DNA of 32,000 nt from Aliarcobacter cibarius. Its GTDB lineage: Bacteria; Campylobacterota; Campylobacteria; Campylobacterales; Arcobacteraceae. A model generated the notes under the pieces. It had not been told where the DNA came from, did not search any database, and worked only from the letters and a program-made list of their open reading frames with translations. Made by a program: the position numbers and the translations under genes. Positions 16,490-25,895 of this stretch are shown piece by piece. The stretch spans positions 1,790,596 through 1,822,595 of the forward strand of contig NZ_CP054051.1 of assembly GCF_013372265.1 (NCBI RefSeq). The letters are read 5' to 3'. The stretch's first letter is position 1; each line of letters opens with the position of its first letter.

Positions 16490-16520
16490 TATAAGAAAGA
16501 AGTAAAACTTCTTTCTTATA
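16490..16520. terminator. Bidirectional terminator hairpin between convergent genes
   Basis: Perfect 13-bp stem TATAAGAAAGAAG (16490-16502) / CTTCTTTCTTATA (16508-16520) with loop TAAAA. It starts 1 nt after the GH17 gene stop and overlaps the stop codon of the minus-strand gene. Confidence 0.65.
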
Positions 16521-17340
16521 CTTTAACTGCTTGAGTTATTATAAGCTCACTTTTATTACAAAATTTCTTTATTTTAAAAGCGTTTGTTGTTACACTATTT
16601 TCAATATCTATAACCATCATTTGCAGAATTGAGAAACATGAATTTGGAACCTCAAAATGTGCTCCAAGACCAGTTGTTGCTCTTTGTATTGGGGAATAAG
16701 AGTCCATGCCAATAACATTGTCATAACAACCTGTTAATCCAATATCTGTCAAATATGCCGTATTATCAAGAATTTGCAAATCATCTGTTCCTACATGTGT
16801 ATGAGTCCCACAAATTCCACTTACTTGATTTTTAAACATCATTAACATTACTCTTTTTTCACTTGTTGCTTCACCATGAAAGTCTATGAAGATATTGTCT
16901 ATATTTTGTTCTTTTAACTCTTCAACTACTTTCTTAGCAAGATTAAAAGGATTATCTACAATTGGCATTGAATATTGACCCATAAGATTTAAAACTGCTA
17001 GTTTTTCAATTTTTTCATCAACTTTTACATCACAGATTTTAAGTCCAGTTCCAATTACACCAATAGGATAATTATGTGGTCTTAAAACATTTCCAGTTTC
17101 AAGTAAAACATTCATATCTTTTTTCTTGTCAAAACTATGATTTCCTCCAGTAATTAAATCAATTCCACTTGAAAAAAGTTCTTTTGCACTTTCTAAAGTA
17201 AGTCCAAATCCATGACTTGCATTCTCACCATTTGCTATTACAAAGTCAATACCAAACTCTTTTTTTATATCTTTTAAACTATCTTTTATTATTTTTCTTC
17301 CTGGACGCCCTACAATATCGCCTATAAATCCTATTCTCAT
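16516..17340 (-). CDS. YmdB-family metallophosphoesterase (2',3'-cyclic-nucleotide phosphodiesterase family, TIGR00282-like)
   Basis: Collinear with my recollection of Bacillus YmdB: MRIGFIGDIVGRPGR, ANGENASHGFG, GGNHSFD, IDFHGEATSEK, GTHTHV, TDIGLTG. Confidence 0.85.
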   Translation of the reverse strand: MRIGFIGDIVGRPGRKIIKDSLKDIKKEFGIDFVIANGENASHGFGLTLESAKELFSSGIDLITGGNHSFDKKKDMNVLLETGNVLRPHNYPIGVIGTGLKICDVKVDEKIEKLAVLNLMGQYSMPIVDNPFNLAKKVVEELKEQNIDNIFIDFHGEATSEKRVMLMMFKNQVSGICGTHTHVGTDDLQILDNTAYLTDIGLTGCYDNVIGMDSYSPIQRATTGLGAHFEVPNSCFSILQMMVIDIENSVTTNAFKIKKFCNKSELIITQAVKV

Positions 17341-17377
17341 CTATCTTCTTTTCTAAATTTTTTGTAATTATATTAGA

Positions 17378-19813
17378 TTAAACTAAATCTTCTTCGAATT
17401 TTTTTAATCTTATTTCAAAAACAGCTCCATTATCTTCATTGTAAGCTTTAATAACTCCACTTTGTTCATCAACTATTTTTTTAGCAATATTTAGACCAAC
17501 ACCCATTCCACCCTGTTCTTTTAAAGAAACAAAAGGTTCAAAAATATCATTGATAATATCTTTATTAATACCACCCGCATTATCTTTAAATTTAATTACA
17601 ATATCACTTTCATCTTCAAATATTGAAATATATATAGCTCTTTTTTCATAATCATCTATTTTAATCAGCTCATCAAGGGCATTGTTTAAAATAATAACCC
17701 AAACTTGTTCAAGTCTTTGTTTTTGAACTTTACTATTGAAAATATACTCATTTTTATCAATATTATCTATATCAAAAAGTTTATCATTTATATAAATTTT
17801 AGAAATCTGTTTTGATTTATTATAAGCCATTGTTAATGCTGTCAGTATTGTTGAATAAAGATTTACTACCTCTTTTAACTCTTTTGTATTTTGAGACATC
17901 TCTCTCATAGACTCAATAATATTAGCTAATCTTGTAATTCCCTCTTTCATTTTATTGCTATCATATAGCATTCTATCTTTAATCTCTGAAGAAGGTAAAT
18001 CTTCTATATCATATTGCATAAGTTCTAAATTACCTTTTATATATGTTAAAGGTGTATTTATCTCATGTACAATTCCAGCTGCCATTGAACCAATATAACT
18101 TAATTTAGCATTTTTTATCTGCTCTTGAAGATGAATTTTATCTTTTGCTTTACTTTTTTCTAACTCTTCTTTTATTCTTTGTTCTAAAGAGATATTTAAC
18201 TCTTTTAGCTTGATTTTATCCTCAAGTCTATTTAACACAAAAACTATTTTATTTGTGTATGAAATTAGTGTTAAAGATACCTCTAAATGAATTGGCTTCT
18301 TATCTTTTTTTATAAATATTTGCTCTATTTTATTTATAGTTCCTAATTCATCAAGATTTGTCAATACTTTTTGAAAAACATCTTTTGATTGTTCACTTAA
18401 AAGTTCAATACTATTTATATTTAAAAGTTCAGCACTTTTATATCCCAAAATATCACAAATATTTTTATTTAATTTTAGAAAGTTACCTTTTCTATCTAAA
18501 AGTGCAACTCCACTATCAACATTTTGGAAAATTGCATCATATTCATCTACTTGAATATTTAAATCTAAATATAGATTTTCAACTCTTTTTTTATCTGTTA
18601 TATCTTCACAAATTAAACTATAATAATCTACTTTAGAATCTGTAAATATAGCTTCAACATATACTTTAAAGAAAAAAAGTTCACCACTTTTTTTCACTCC
18701 TTCAAACTCTTCTAGAATATAGGTCTTATTATTTATTTCAACTTTTGATTTTATAAAATCTACTACATGTCTTGCATCTTTTGACAATAAAAATCTATAA
18801 TCATGTCCAACTAATTCATTTTTTGAAAAGCCTAAAAAATATGCTAATGAACTACTTAAATCCTTTATTTCACGATTTGGATAAATATCCATAGACATAA
18901 TATATCTATCTATAATTTTATCTCTTTCATTTAACTCTAGGATATTATTTTCATTTTTAATAAATTCAGCTCTATTTAAATTTAACTTTTTATTTAAAAA
19001 ATAAGAGATTATTAGTGAAAAAAGAATTGTCAAAAGAAACATAATTATAAGTACAGAACCACCTACAATTTTTATATAATTATCAACAAATTCATATCCA
19101 AACTCTTTATTTAATTCAATTAAAAATGTAAAGTTACTGTCTTCTTCAATTTGGATTTTTTTAATAATATAATTATCACTATTCAAATTTATAGGAAAAT
19201 TGGAATTTATGTAATCATTATGTGTATTTGCAATAAATATTTTTTTAGGATATTTATTTATGATTGTTTCTAAAATATTTTTTAAATTAATCTCAATTGA
19301 ATAAAAATTATCTTTTGATCTAATTATAAAATTAATTGTATTTTTACTATCATTTAGTGAATAGTGATAAATTTCTTGATAGTCTAAAACTCTCATGTAC
19401 TTAAAGTAATTTGTTGCAAAAAGATTTCTAAGATTGTTATATTCAACAACTTTTATACTCTCTCCAAAATTGTTGTTTAGTTTTAGAGTCTCTTTTGCAT
19501 TTAAACTTACTATTTTAAAACTCAAAATAGTTTTATCTTTAAAAATTATATTTTCAATAAAATCTATAATCTGTTTTTCATCATTTAATTTAGAAACAAT
19601 ACTTTCAATTAAAACTATTTTTTCATCATATCTCTTTATGAAGTCTTTAAATATAATTTCTTGTTCATTTAGTATATATTCACTCTTTTTTTTATCTTCA
19701 TTTTTACTATTTAAGTAATAAAAATTGTTGAAAACTAAAAACAATATACCAAATAATCCAAAAGCAAATAATGAAAATACTAAAAATACTTTTGAGAAAA
19801 TAGGAAGTTTCAT
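17378..19813 (-). CDS. Membrane sensor histidine kinase with a periplasmic domain and two PAS domains
   Basis: Two TMs flank a periplasmic region of about 230 aa. Two PAS-like segments. H box AAGIVHEINTPLTYIKGNLE. N box VIILNNALDEL. G1 DNAGGI. F/G2 FEPFVSLKEQGGMGVGLNIAKKIV. The start overlaps the upstream gene (ATGA). Confidence 0.85.
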   Translation of the reverse strand: MKLPIFSKVFLVFSLFAFGLFGILFLVFNNFYYLNSKNEDKKKSEYILNEQEIIFKDFIKRYDEKIVLIESIVSKLNDEKQIIDFIENIIFKDKTILSFKIVSLNAKETLKLNNNFGESIKVVEYNNLRNLFATNYFKYMRVLDYQEIYHYSLNDSKNTINFIIRSKDNFYSIEINLKNILETIINKYPKKIFIANTHNDYINSNFPINLNSDNYIIKKIQIEEDSNFTFLIELNKEFGYEFVDNYIKIVGGSVLIIMFLLTILFSLIISYFLNKKLNLNRAEFIKNENNILELNERDKIIDRYIMSMDIYPNREIKDLSSSLAYFLGFSKNELVGHDYRFLLSKDARHVVDFIKSKVEINNKTYILEEFEGVKKSGELFFFKVYVEAIFTDSKVDYYSLICEDITDKKRVENLYLDLNIQVDEYDAIFQNVDSGVALLDRKGNFLKLNKNICDILGYKSAELLNINSIELLSEQSKDVFQKVLTNLDELGTINKIEQIFIKKDKKPIHLEVSLTLISYTNKIVFVLNRLEDKIKLKELNISLEQRIKEELEKSKAKDKIHLQEQIKNAKLSYIGSMAAGIVHEINTPLTYIKGNLELMQYDIEDLPSSEIKDRMLYDSNKMKEGITRLANIIESMREMSQNTKELKEVVNLYSTILTALTMAYNKSKQISKIYINDKLFDIDNIDKNEYIFNSKVQKQRLEQVWVIILNNALDELIKIDDYEKRAIYISIFEDESDIVIKFKDNAGGINKDIINDIFEPFVSLKEQGGMGVGLNIAKKIVDEQSGVIKAYNEDNGAVFEIRLKKFEEDLV

Positions 19814-21687
19814 ATTGAATCTCTTTTTAGTTTTATATAGTATATAGTATCAGATACACTATTTTTATACCAGAATAGTCCACTATTTTTCTCTATTAAT
19901 AGTTTTGCTAAATGTATTGATGTATCAAAAAATTTATCATCTTTAGAGTTTAGAAGTTCTTCAAAATAACTATTTATTTTATCTTTTCTAATATTGTCTT
20001 CTATTTTTATTATTATATCTTCATCGGATGTTTCGCTTAAAATAGAAATTTGAATAGAAACTTCAGAAGATGAAGAGAGTTTTAAACACTCCAGTTGAGT
20101 TCTTGAAATATTTATTATTATATTTTTTAACTCATTTCTTGAAATATCTAAATTTACGTCTAAATCTTTACTTAATTTTAGACTAATCTTATTTTCATTT
20201 ATTTCATCTTTTAAAGCAAGTTTTACTTCATTTAATATCTCTAGTAAATTTGTTTTTTCAGCTGAATGTTTAAATATTGATTTAAACTCATTTAGCATAT
20301 TTGATAAAGAAAAAAGCTCTTTTGAAATTAAATTTTTTATACTTATGTTATCAATCTTTTGAAGTTCTAAAGATATTTTTGATATTGGTTCTTTCCATAA
20401 ATGTGACATAGAATCAACAATTTTTGACATTAACTCAACTTTTACAACGTCCATATCAATTTTTTCATTTAATTTTAATTTATTCAATTTGTTAGATAAA
20501 TCTTCTTTTAAAAGCCTATTTATCTTTTCTAACTGTTTTATAGATGTTATATCAAATCTTATCGATCTAAATCCAATAACTTCATTTTTAAGATTATATT
20601 TTGGAAAAATAACACTTTTTATCCAGTAAGTATTACCAAATTTATCTCTATTTTTTATTTCACCTTCCCAAATATTTTTTGTTTTTAATTCATGCCAAAT
20701 ATTTTTATAAAAGTTGTTTGATATATCAGGATGTCTTAAAATAGAAGCGTTTTTACCAACCAGCTCATCTTTTCTATATCCAGTAATCTTACAATAAGCA
20801 TCAGAAACATACTCTATATTTCCCTCTAAATCTGTATCCAATCTTAAAATGTGCTCATCCATGTGTTCAAAGAATTCTTGATAATTTTTGATTACTAAAT
20901 CTCTATTAGCTTTATAATCAAAAACTTTTAATATTACAAAAACTAAAGCAAGGAAACAAAGAGTAGCCATAAAAAGGAATTGAATATAGAACTTATTAAT
21001 TGAGTTTATTGCTAAATTTTCATTACTTGTTATTAAATAAAGTTTTGCATTATCATTTGTCTCAAAAATTTCTAAGTAAATAAAATCTTTGTTAAACTCT
21101 TCTATTTTATCTTTAGAAATAGTATATATAAATTTCAATCCTAGTTCTTTTTGAAGCTTTTTAATAAAATCGTCAAATAAAAATTCTAAAGTTATAACTC
21201 CAACAAAATTTAATTTTTCATCAAAAATTGGTTTAAAGAATGTTAAATAAACTCTATTATGGTTACTAATAAAAGAGAAGTTATCATTTTTTGATAAAAA
21301 TTCTTTTGGAACATCTTTTTTTTCATTAAAAGTAAGAATTAAATCTTTATTAGAATCATAAAAACTAACATTATATAAGCCTAAATTCGAATAAAAAGCA
21401 AAACTATCTACACTACTTTCATAAATCTCTTTTTTCTTATCAGTAGAAGGATTTTTTAAAATATCTAGAATTGTCTTATTTCTTACAAACTCATTAAAAT
21501 ATATAAGTTCACCAAATTCAAAATAGTTTCTAAAAACTTCACTATACCTATATAAAATCTCTTTTTTACTATTCTCTAGAGCTTTATTTATCTCTTTTTG
21601 TTTATAAAAATCAAATGTAAAAAAAAGCCCAACTAAAAAAAATAGAAATAGTAAAGAAAATATTACTTTTGGGCTTTTATAAATCAT
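19810..21687 (-). CDS. Membrane PAS sensor with a kinase-like DHp His but a degenerate ATP-binding domain (pseudo-kinase-like)
   Basis: Two TMs around a periplasmic domain of about 200 aa. PAS domain (LRHPDISNNFYKNIWHEL..WEGEIKNRDKFGNTYW). DHp-like MSHLWKEPISKISLEL. In the C-terminal domain the N, G1 and G2 boxes read NIIINISRTQLE, EDNIRKDKI and DTSIHLAKLLIE, so the conserved Asn and Gly residues are missing. Confidence 0.7.
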   Translation of the reverse strand: MIYKSPKVIFSLLFLFFLVGLFFTFDFYKQKEINKALENSKKEILYRYSEVFRNYFEFGELIYFNEFVRNKTILDILKNPSTDKKKEIYESSVDSFAFYSNLGLYNVSFYDSNKDLILTFNEKKDVPKEFLSKNDNFSFISNHNRVYLTFFKPIFDEKLNFVGVITLEFLFDDFIKKLQKELGLKFIYTISKDKIEEFNKDFIYLEIFETNDNAKLYLITSNENLAINSINKFYIQFLFMATLCFLALVFVILKVFDYKANRDLVIKNYQEFFEHMDEHILRLDTDLEGNIEYVSDAYCKITGYRKDELVGKNASILRHPDISNNFYKNIWHELKTKNIWEGEIKNRDKFGNTYWIKSVIFPKYNLKNEVIGFRSIRFDITSIKQLEKINRLLKEDLSNKLNKLKLNEKIDMDVVKVELMSKIVDSMSHLWKEPISKISLELQKIDNISIKNLISKELFSLSNMLNEFKSIFKHSAEKTNLLEILNEVKLALKDEINENKISLKLSKDLDVNLDISRNELKNIIINISRTQLECLKLSSSSEVSIQISILSETSDEDIIIKIEDNIRKDKINSYFEELLNSKDDKFFDTSIHLAKLLIEKNSGLFWYKNSVSDTIYYIKLKRDSI

Positions 21688-22058
21688 TAATGTTCTAAAA
21701 CTTCTATTATTTTTTTCTCTAAAGCTTCAAGTGATGAGAATGGCTTCATAACATAGTTTGTTGCACCCTCTTTGTGAGATTTTAGAACTTTATCTAAAGT
21801 TGAATAAGCAGTCATCATAACAACTTTTTGATCTTCTTTTTTAGCTTTAATTCTTTCTAAAACCTCTAATCCATTCATTTGCGGCATCATAATATCAAGT
21901 AATACTAAATCATAATCTGTTGATTCAAAGTTAGATATTGCAGATACTGGATTTGAAAAAGTTGCAACAGTAAAATTTGGATTTTTACCTAGAAATCTAC
22001 TTAAAAGATTTAAGATTTCTGGTTCATCATCTATAATTAAAATTGATTTTTTACTCAT
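21687..22058 (-). CDS. Single-domain CheY-like response regulator receiver
   Basis: 123 aa with a complete receiver signature: IIDDE, phospho-acceptor LLDIMMP, MMTAY, VMKPF. The RBS lies in the end of the MCP gene, and its stop overlaps the next start (TAATG). Confidence 0.9.
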   Translation of the reverse strand: MSKKSILIIDDEPEILNLLSRFLGKNPNFTVATFSNPVSAISNFESTDYDLVLLDIMMPQMNGLEVLERIKAKKEDQKVVMMTAYSTLDKVLKSHKEGATNYVMKPFSSLEALEKKIIEVLEH

Positions 22059-22059
22059 T

Positions 22060-23472
22060 TTATTCTCCTTGACTTTTTTGATTAAATAATTTATTAGCAG
22101 CTTCTTTCATAACAAGCTCATTCTTTTCTTCTAGGATTTTATCTAGATAAATAAACACTTGTTGACTTGCATCTTCAACTAAAGAGATTTTATCTTCAAT
22201 TAATTGTTTAGAACAAGAAACACTACTTCCCGAACACTCTTTTGCTAAAATATTTGCTTCATGATGTACTGTATGGTGATATTTATCTAACCCTTTATAT
22301 GAAGGAACTGAACTAAACTCTTGTTTTCCTAGCCCAACATTATACCACTGACCTAATCTACAATTTGTATGATCAACTGGTTTGAAGTTATGATTTCCTC
22401 CAAAGATTAATTGATACAAATTATTTTTATAAATAACGTGATCTAGTTTTGCAAGATTTATAAATATTTTATTTGAAATACTTTCAACTTCATAAACTGC
22501 TCTATTTGAATTTCTTTGGAAATTATTCATAAGCTTACTTAATCCATCAATTCTTGCTTTTGTCTCATTTACTACGTTTGTAACTGAATCTGAACTCTCT
22601 TTTATTTTTTCAGTCTCTTTTTGAATTGTTGTTACAACATCTTTTATCTGTTTTGCTGCATCAGCACTTCTACTTGCAAGATTTCTTACCTCTTGCGCAA
22701 CAACTGCAAATCCTTTTCCTGCTTCTCCTGCTGTTGCTGCTTCTACTGCTGCATTTAATGAAAGAATATTTGTTTGGAATGCTATTTCTTGGATTATATT
22801 TATAACCTGAGCTATATCTTTACTTTTTGAAACTAAAGATTCAACAACAATATTTTCTGTCTCAATTTCTTTGTATAAATTCTCTGTATCAAGAACTATT
22901 TCATTAATTAAATTCAATCCTTTTGTAGAACCAGTTGCTGTTTCATTTGATTCAACTTGCATCTCTTTTAATTCTTCTAAAAGGCTTAAATAAGTATTTT
23001 GAGTATCACTTAAAGATTTTGTCATGTTGCTATTGTGTCTAGATAAAAGACCACCTTCTTTATTGTCATGAATTGAAGTTTTTCTTAGACTCACAATTTT
23101 ATAATTTTCAAAAGATTTAACTACTAAACTCGCTTCACATTCATTCAAGATTACTCTGTCTTGACCACTTAAAACTGCATTTAAAATAGAAGTAAAATCA
23201 TTTAGGTGTGATTTTGATAGAGAATTTGCGAAGAATACATTATTGTTTTCATCAAAAACAACAAGTCCTTCTTCTTGTGAAACAGAAGCTATTTGTTTAT
23301 AAACTTCAAAACTTTTTTCAGAATTTTTAGAAACTTCTTCTAACTCTACTGAATGTTTTTTTGCAAGATTATCTAAATCTTTGTTCTTCTGTTCTAGCTC
23401 AACTTTTAGCTTATTTATTTCTGCTTCAAGCAACACAACTTTGTTTTCAAGTTCCTTTTTTCCAAAAAACAT
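22060..23472 (-). CDS. Cytoplasmic methyl-accepting chemotaxis protein with a C-terminal CZB (chemoreceptor zinc-binding) domain, TlpD-like
   Basis: No TM segment. N-terminal coiled coil. Highly conserved MCP signalling hairpin ([41 protein letters not shown]). C-terminal CZB pattern ([11 protein letters not shown] ... [10 protein letters not shown] ... YHHTVHHEA). I prefer ATG 23472 (GGAGTTATTT-ATG) over the TTG at 23484. Confidence 0.85.
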   Translation of the reverse strand: MFFGKKELENKVVLLEAEINKLKVELEQKNKDLDNLAKKHSVELEEVSKNSEKSFEVYKQIASVSQEEGLVVFDENNNVFFANSLSKSHLNDFTSILNAVLSGQDRVILNECEASLVVKSFENYKIVSLRKTSIHDNKEGGLLSRHNSNMTKSLSDTQNTYLSLLEELKEMQVESNETATGSTKGLNLINEIVLDTENLYKEIETENIVVESLVSKSKDIAQVINIIQEIAFQTNILSLNAAVEAATAGEAGKGFAVVAQEVRNLASRSADAAKQIKDVVTTIQKETEKIKESSDSVTNVVNETKARIDGLSKLMNNFQRNSNRAVYEVESISNKIFINLAKLDHVIYKNNLYQLIFGGNHNFKPVDHTNCRLGQWYNVGLGKQEFSSVPSYKGLDKYHHTVHHEANILAKECSGSSVSCSKQLIEDKISLVEDASQQVFIYLDKILEEKNELVMKEAANKLFNQKSQGE

Positions 23473-23528
23473 AAATAACTCCAATTTATACTTAAAATTA
23501 GAATATCTTAACTAAAAATAACTTCGTA

Positions 23529-24671
23529 TTAATTTAAATTTTTTGAACACATAAAAGCTTGTGCAAATACTATTTGAAAATTAAACCCACCTAATTCACC
23601 AGTTAAGTCTAAACATTCGCCTATAAAATATAAATCTCTTTGATTTAAACTTTCAAAAGTATTATGATTTATTTCATCTGTACTTATTCCACCCTTTGTA
23701 ACTTCAGCTTTTGTAAAACCAAAATTTCCTGCTGGACTAAACTCATAATTTTTTAAAATCTTTAACTTTTCAAGTTCATGCGAAGTTAATTTTGAGCAAG
23801 CTTTATCTTCAAGCTCTATTGATTTTAAAAACTCTATCATAAAACGTTTTGGCAGATTCAAAGCTGTTGAAATATTTTTATTTCCAATCAAAAGCTTTTC
23901 TAAATTTTTGTTAGGAAGAAAATCTATTTTTATTTTTCCCTTTGTCCAATATAAAGATGCACTTAAAACAGCAGGTCCACTAAATCCTTTGTGAGCAAAA
24001 AGTAAATTTCCCTCTATTTTTTTATTTTCGACAAAAATATTTACAGGAATCGATAAACCAGATAACTCTTTAAACCAAAATTGTTCTTTTTGAACCGTAA
24101 ATCCTACAAGTGCAGGCTCTGTTCTAATGACTGTATGATTGAATTTTTTTGCAATATCAAAAGCAATACTAGAAGCTCCTAAAGTTGTATAAGATAAACC
24201 TCCACTCGCAACTACAACTTTTTTTGCCTCAATAGAAGTTTTATTTGTAATTATTGTAAAAAAATCTTTATATGAAATATCCAAAACTTTTGTATCTAAA
24301 AATTTTTTTACATGAGTTGTGAGTAAAGAAAACATATCAATAACATCTTGACTAGAGTTACAAAAATATGTTCCCTTTACAATTTTTGGATTTATTTTTG
24401 GGAAAACTCCATTTTTATTTAAGAATTTCAATAGATCATCTTTAGAAAAATTATTTAAAATTTCTTTAGCAAAATCTCTATCACCCAAATAGTTATTTTG
24501 GCTTACAAATTCGTTTGTAATATTACACTTTGCTCCACCAGAAACTTTTATCTTCTGTCCTATTTTACTATTTGTATCTATTAAACATATATTTTTATAT
24601 TTTTTTCTATCTAGATTTGAAGCTAACATTAAACCACTAGCTCCAGCACCAATTATTGCTATATCAAAGAT
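23529..24671 (-). CDS. HI0933/YhiN-type FAD-dependent oxidoreductase (aminoacetone-oxidase-family flavoprotein)
   Basis: Family motifs KVSGGAKCNITN and a C-terminal GGFNFQ-type segment. The dinucleotide-binding IAIIGAGASGLM is encoded upstream of the first ATG (24629), in frame, directly after the stop of the preceding gene. I therefore extend the CDS to the ATC at 24669-24671, which has AAAGGA 6 nt upstream. The conservative alternative end is 24629. Confidence 0.75.
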   Translation of the reverse strand: MFDIAIIGAGASGLMLASNLDRKKYKNICLIDTNSKIGQKIKVSGGAKCNITNEFVSQNNYLGDRDFAKEILNNFSKDDLLKFLNKNGVFPKINPKIVKGTYFCNSSQDVIDMFSLLTTHVKKFLDTKVLDISYKDFFTIITNKTSIEAKKVVVASGGLSYTTLGASSIAFDIAKKFNHTVIRTEPALVGFTVQKEQFWFKELSGLSIPVNIFVENKKIEGNLLFAHKGFSGPAVLSASLYWTKGKIKIDFLPNKNLEKLLIGNKNISTALNLPKRFMIEFLKSIELEDKACSKLTSHELEKLKILKNYEFSPAGNFGFTKAEVTKGGISTDEINHNTFESLNQRDLYFIGECLDLTGELGGFNFQIVFAQAFMCSKNLN

Positions 24672-24674
24672 TTT

Positions 24675-25895
24675 TTATCCTTTTTGTATAGTAAAAATAT
24701 TTTTACCATCTTCATATTTATAAAGCAAATTATATCCATTTGCTTTTAAAATATTGAAAACTATATAAAGACCTAATCCAAAAGAATCTTTTGAAGACTT
24801 ACTATAAAAAGGTTCAAGATAATTTTTAAAATCACCTTGAAGTTTTTTCCCACTATTTATGAATAAAATATTATTTTCATTAGTTTTTATAACTACTTTT
24901 TTATCACTTGAGTATTTTATTGCATTATCAATTAAATTTTTTATTGCTATACTAAAAAGTTTAAAATTTACATCAAGTTTTATATTTTCATATTCACAAA
25001 AAACACAACTTTCATCAAGCATCAAAATATCTTTTGCTTCATCAATTAAATCTTCTAAAAAATAACTCTTTTTGTCCAAAACTTTATTTTGAGATATTAA
25101 CTCTTCTATAGTTGCAAATTCATTTATCAAAGATTCAAGCTTATTAAAAACCATTTTTAGTTTTTCACTGTTTTCTTCATTTTTTTCTAGTTGTAAAAGA
25201 AATTTACCCTTTGTTATAGGTGTTTTTAATTCATGCATTATATTTCGTATAAAAATATTTCTAGACTCTTTAATATTTTTAAGTTTTATTGCACTTTTTC
25301 TAAATTCATTTGCTAAAAGAGCAACTTCATCTTTGCTACTTGAAGTATAAAAATCAAAATCAAATTTTTCATCACCTAAATTTATAACTTTATCTTTCAA
25401 CTCCTTTAGAGGTAAAAGCTTTTTTAGTGTTTTAATATACAAAAAAGTAATTACAAGTAAAAGAGTAATAAAAACAAAAATAATATAAGTACTATTTGTA
25501 AAACTCTCACTTTCTAAATCTTTTATCAAAATCTGTTTATTGAATCTATCAAAAAGTAAGTGATATTTTCCATCAATCTGGAATATTTTAAAAAAATCTC
25601 CATGCTTATTTGCTTTTGTAAAAATTATCTTTTTATGAGTACTTAAAATATTTTCTATATCTTCTTTAGAATCAAATATTTTATAATTCATATCTAATAA
25701 ATTTTTATTAAAATCCTCATCAAAATGATTCTTTTTACTATTAATCATCTTTATTATTGGTTTATATCTATCAAAAATTTGTTCACTCTTCATTGAATTT
25801 TCATGACTAAACAAGAAAATGAAAGCCATTACCAATAAAATAAAAGTTATTAAAAAGTTTAAAGTTGTAGAAAAAATTATTGAATTTTTATTCAT
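24675..25895 (-). CDS. Two-component sensor histidine kinase (periplasmic-sensing, HAMP-like linker)
   Basis: Two TMs around a periplasmic segment of about 110 aa. H box IMHELKTPITKGKF. N box IKNLIDNAIKYS. G2 FGLGLYIV. ATGA overlap with the regulator gene. Confidence 0.85.
   Translation of the reverse strand: MNKNSIIFSTTLNFLITFILLVMAFIFLFSHENSMKSEQIFDRYKPIIKMINSKKNHFDEDFNKNLLDMNYKIFDSKEDIENILSTHKKIIFTKANKHGDFFKIFQIDGKYHLLFDRFNKQILIKDLESESFTNSTYIIFVFITLLLVITFLYIKTLKKLLPLKELKDKVINLGDEKFDFDFYTSSSKDEVALLANEFRKSAIKLKNIKESRNIFIRNIMHELKTPITKGKFLLQLEKNEENSEKLKMVFNKLESLINEFATIEELISQNKVLDKKSYFLEDLIDEAKDILMLDESCVFCEYENIKLDVNFKLFSIAIKNLIDNAIKYSSDKKVVIKTNENNILFINSGKKLQGDFKNYLEPFYSKSSKDSFGLGLYIVFNILKANGYNLLYKYEDGKNIFTIQKG

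Noticed and set aside
370-23472. A possible functional zinc theme linking znuA/zur with the zinc-binding CZB chemoreceptor 20 kb away.
   Set aside because: The loci are separated by many unrelated genes on different strands. CZB zinc is a structural or redox cofactor, not evidence of co-regulation. I treated this as coincidence.
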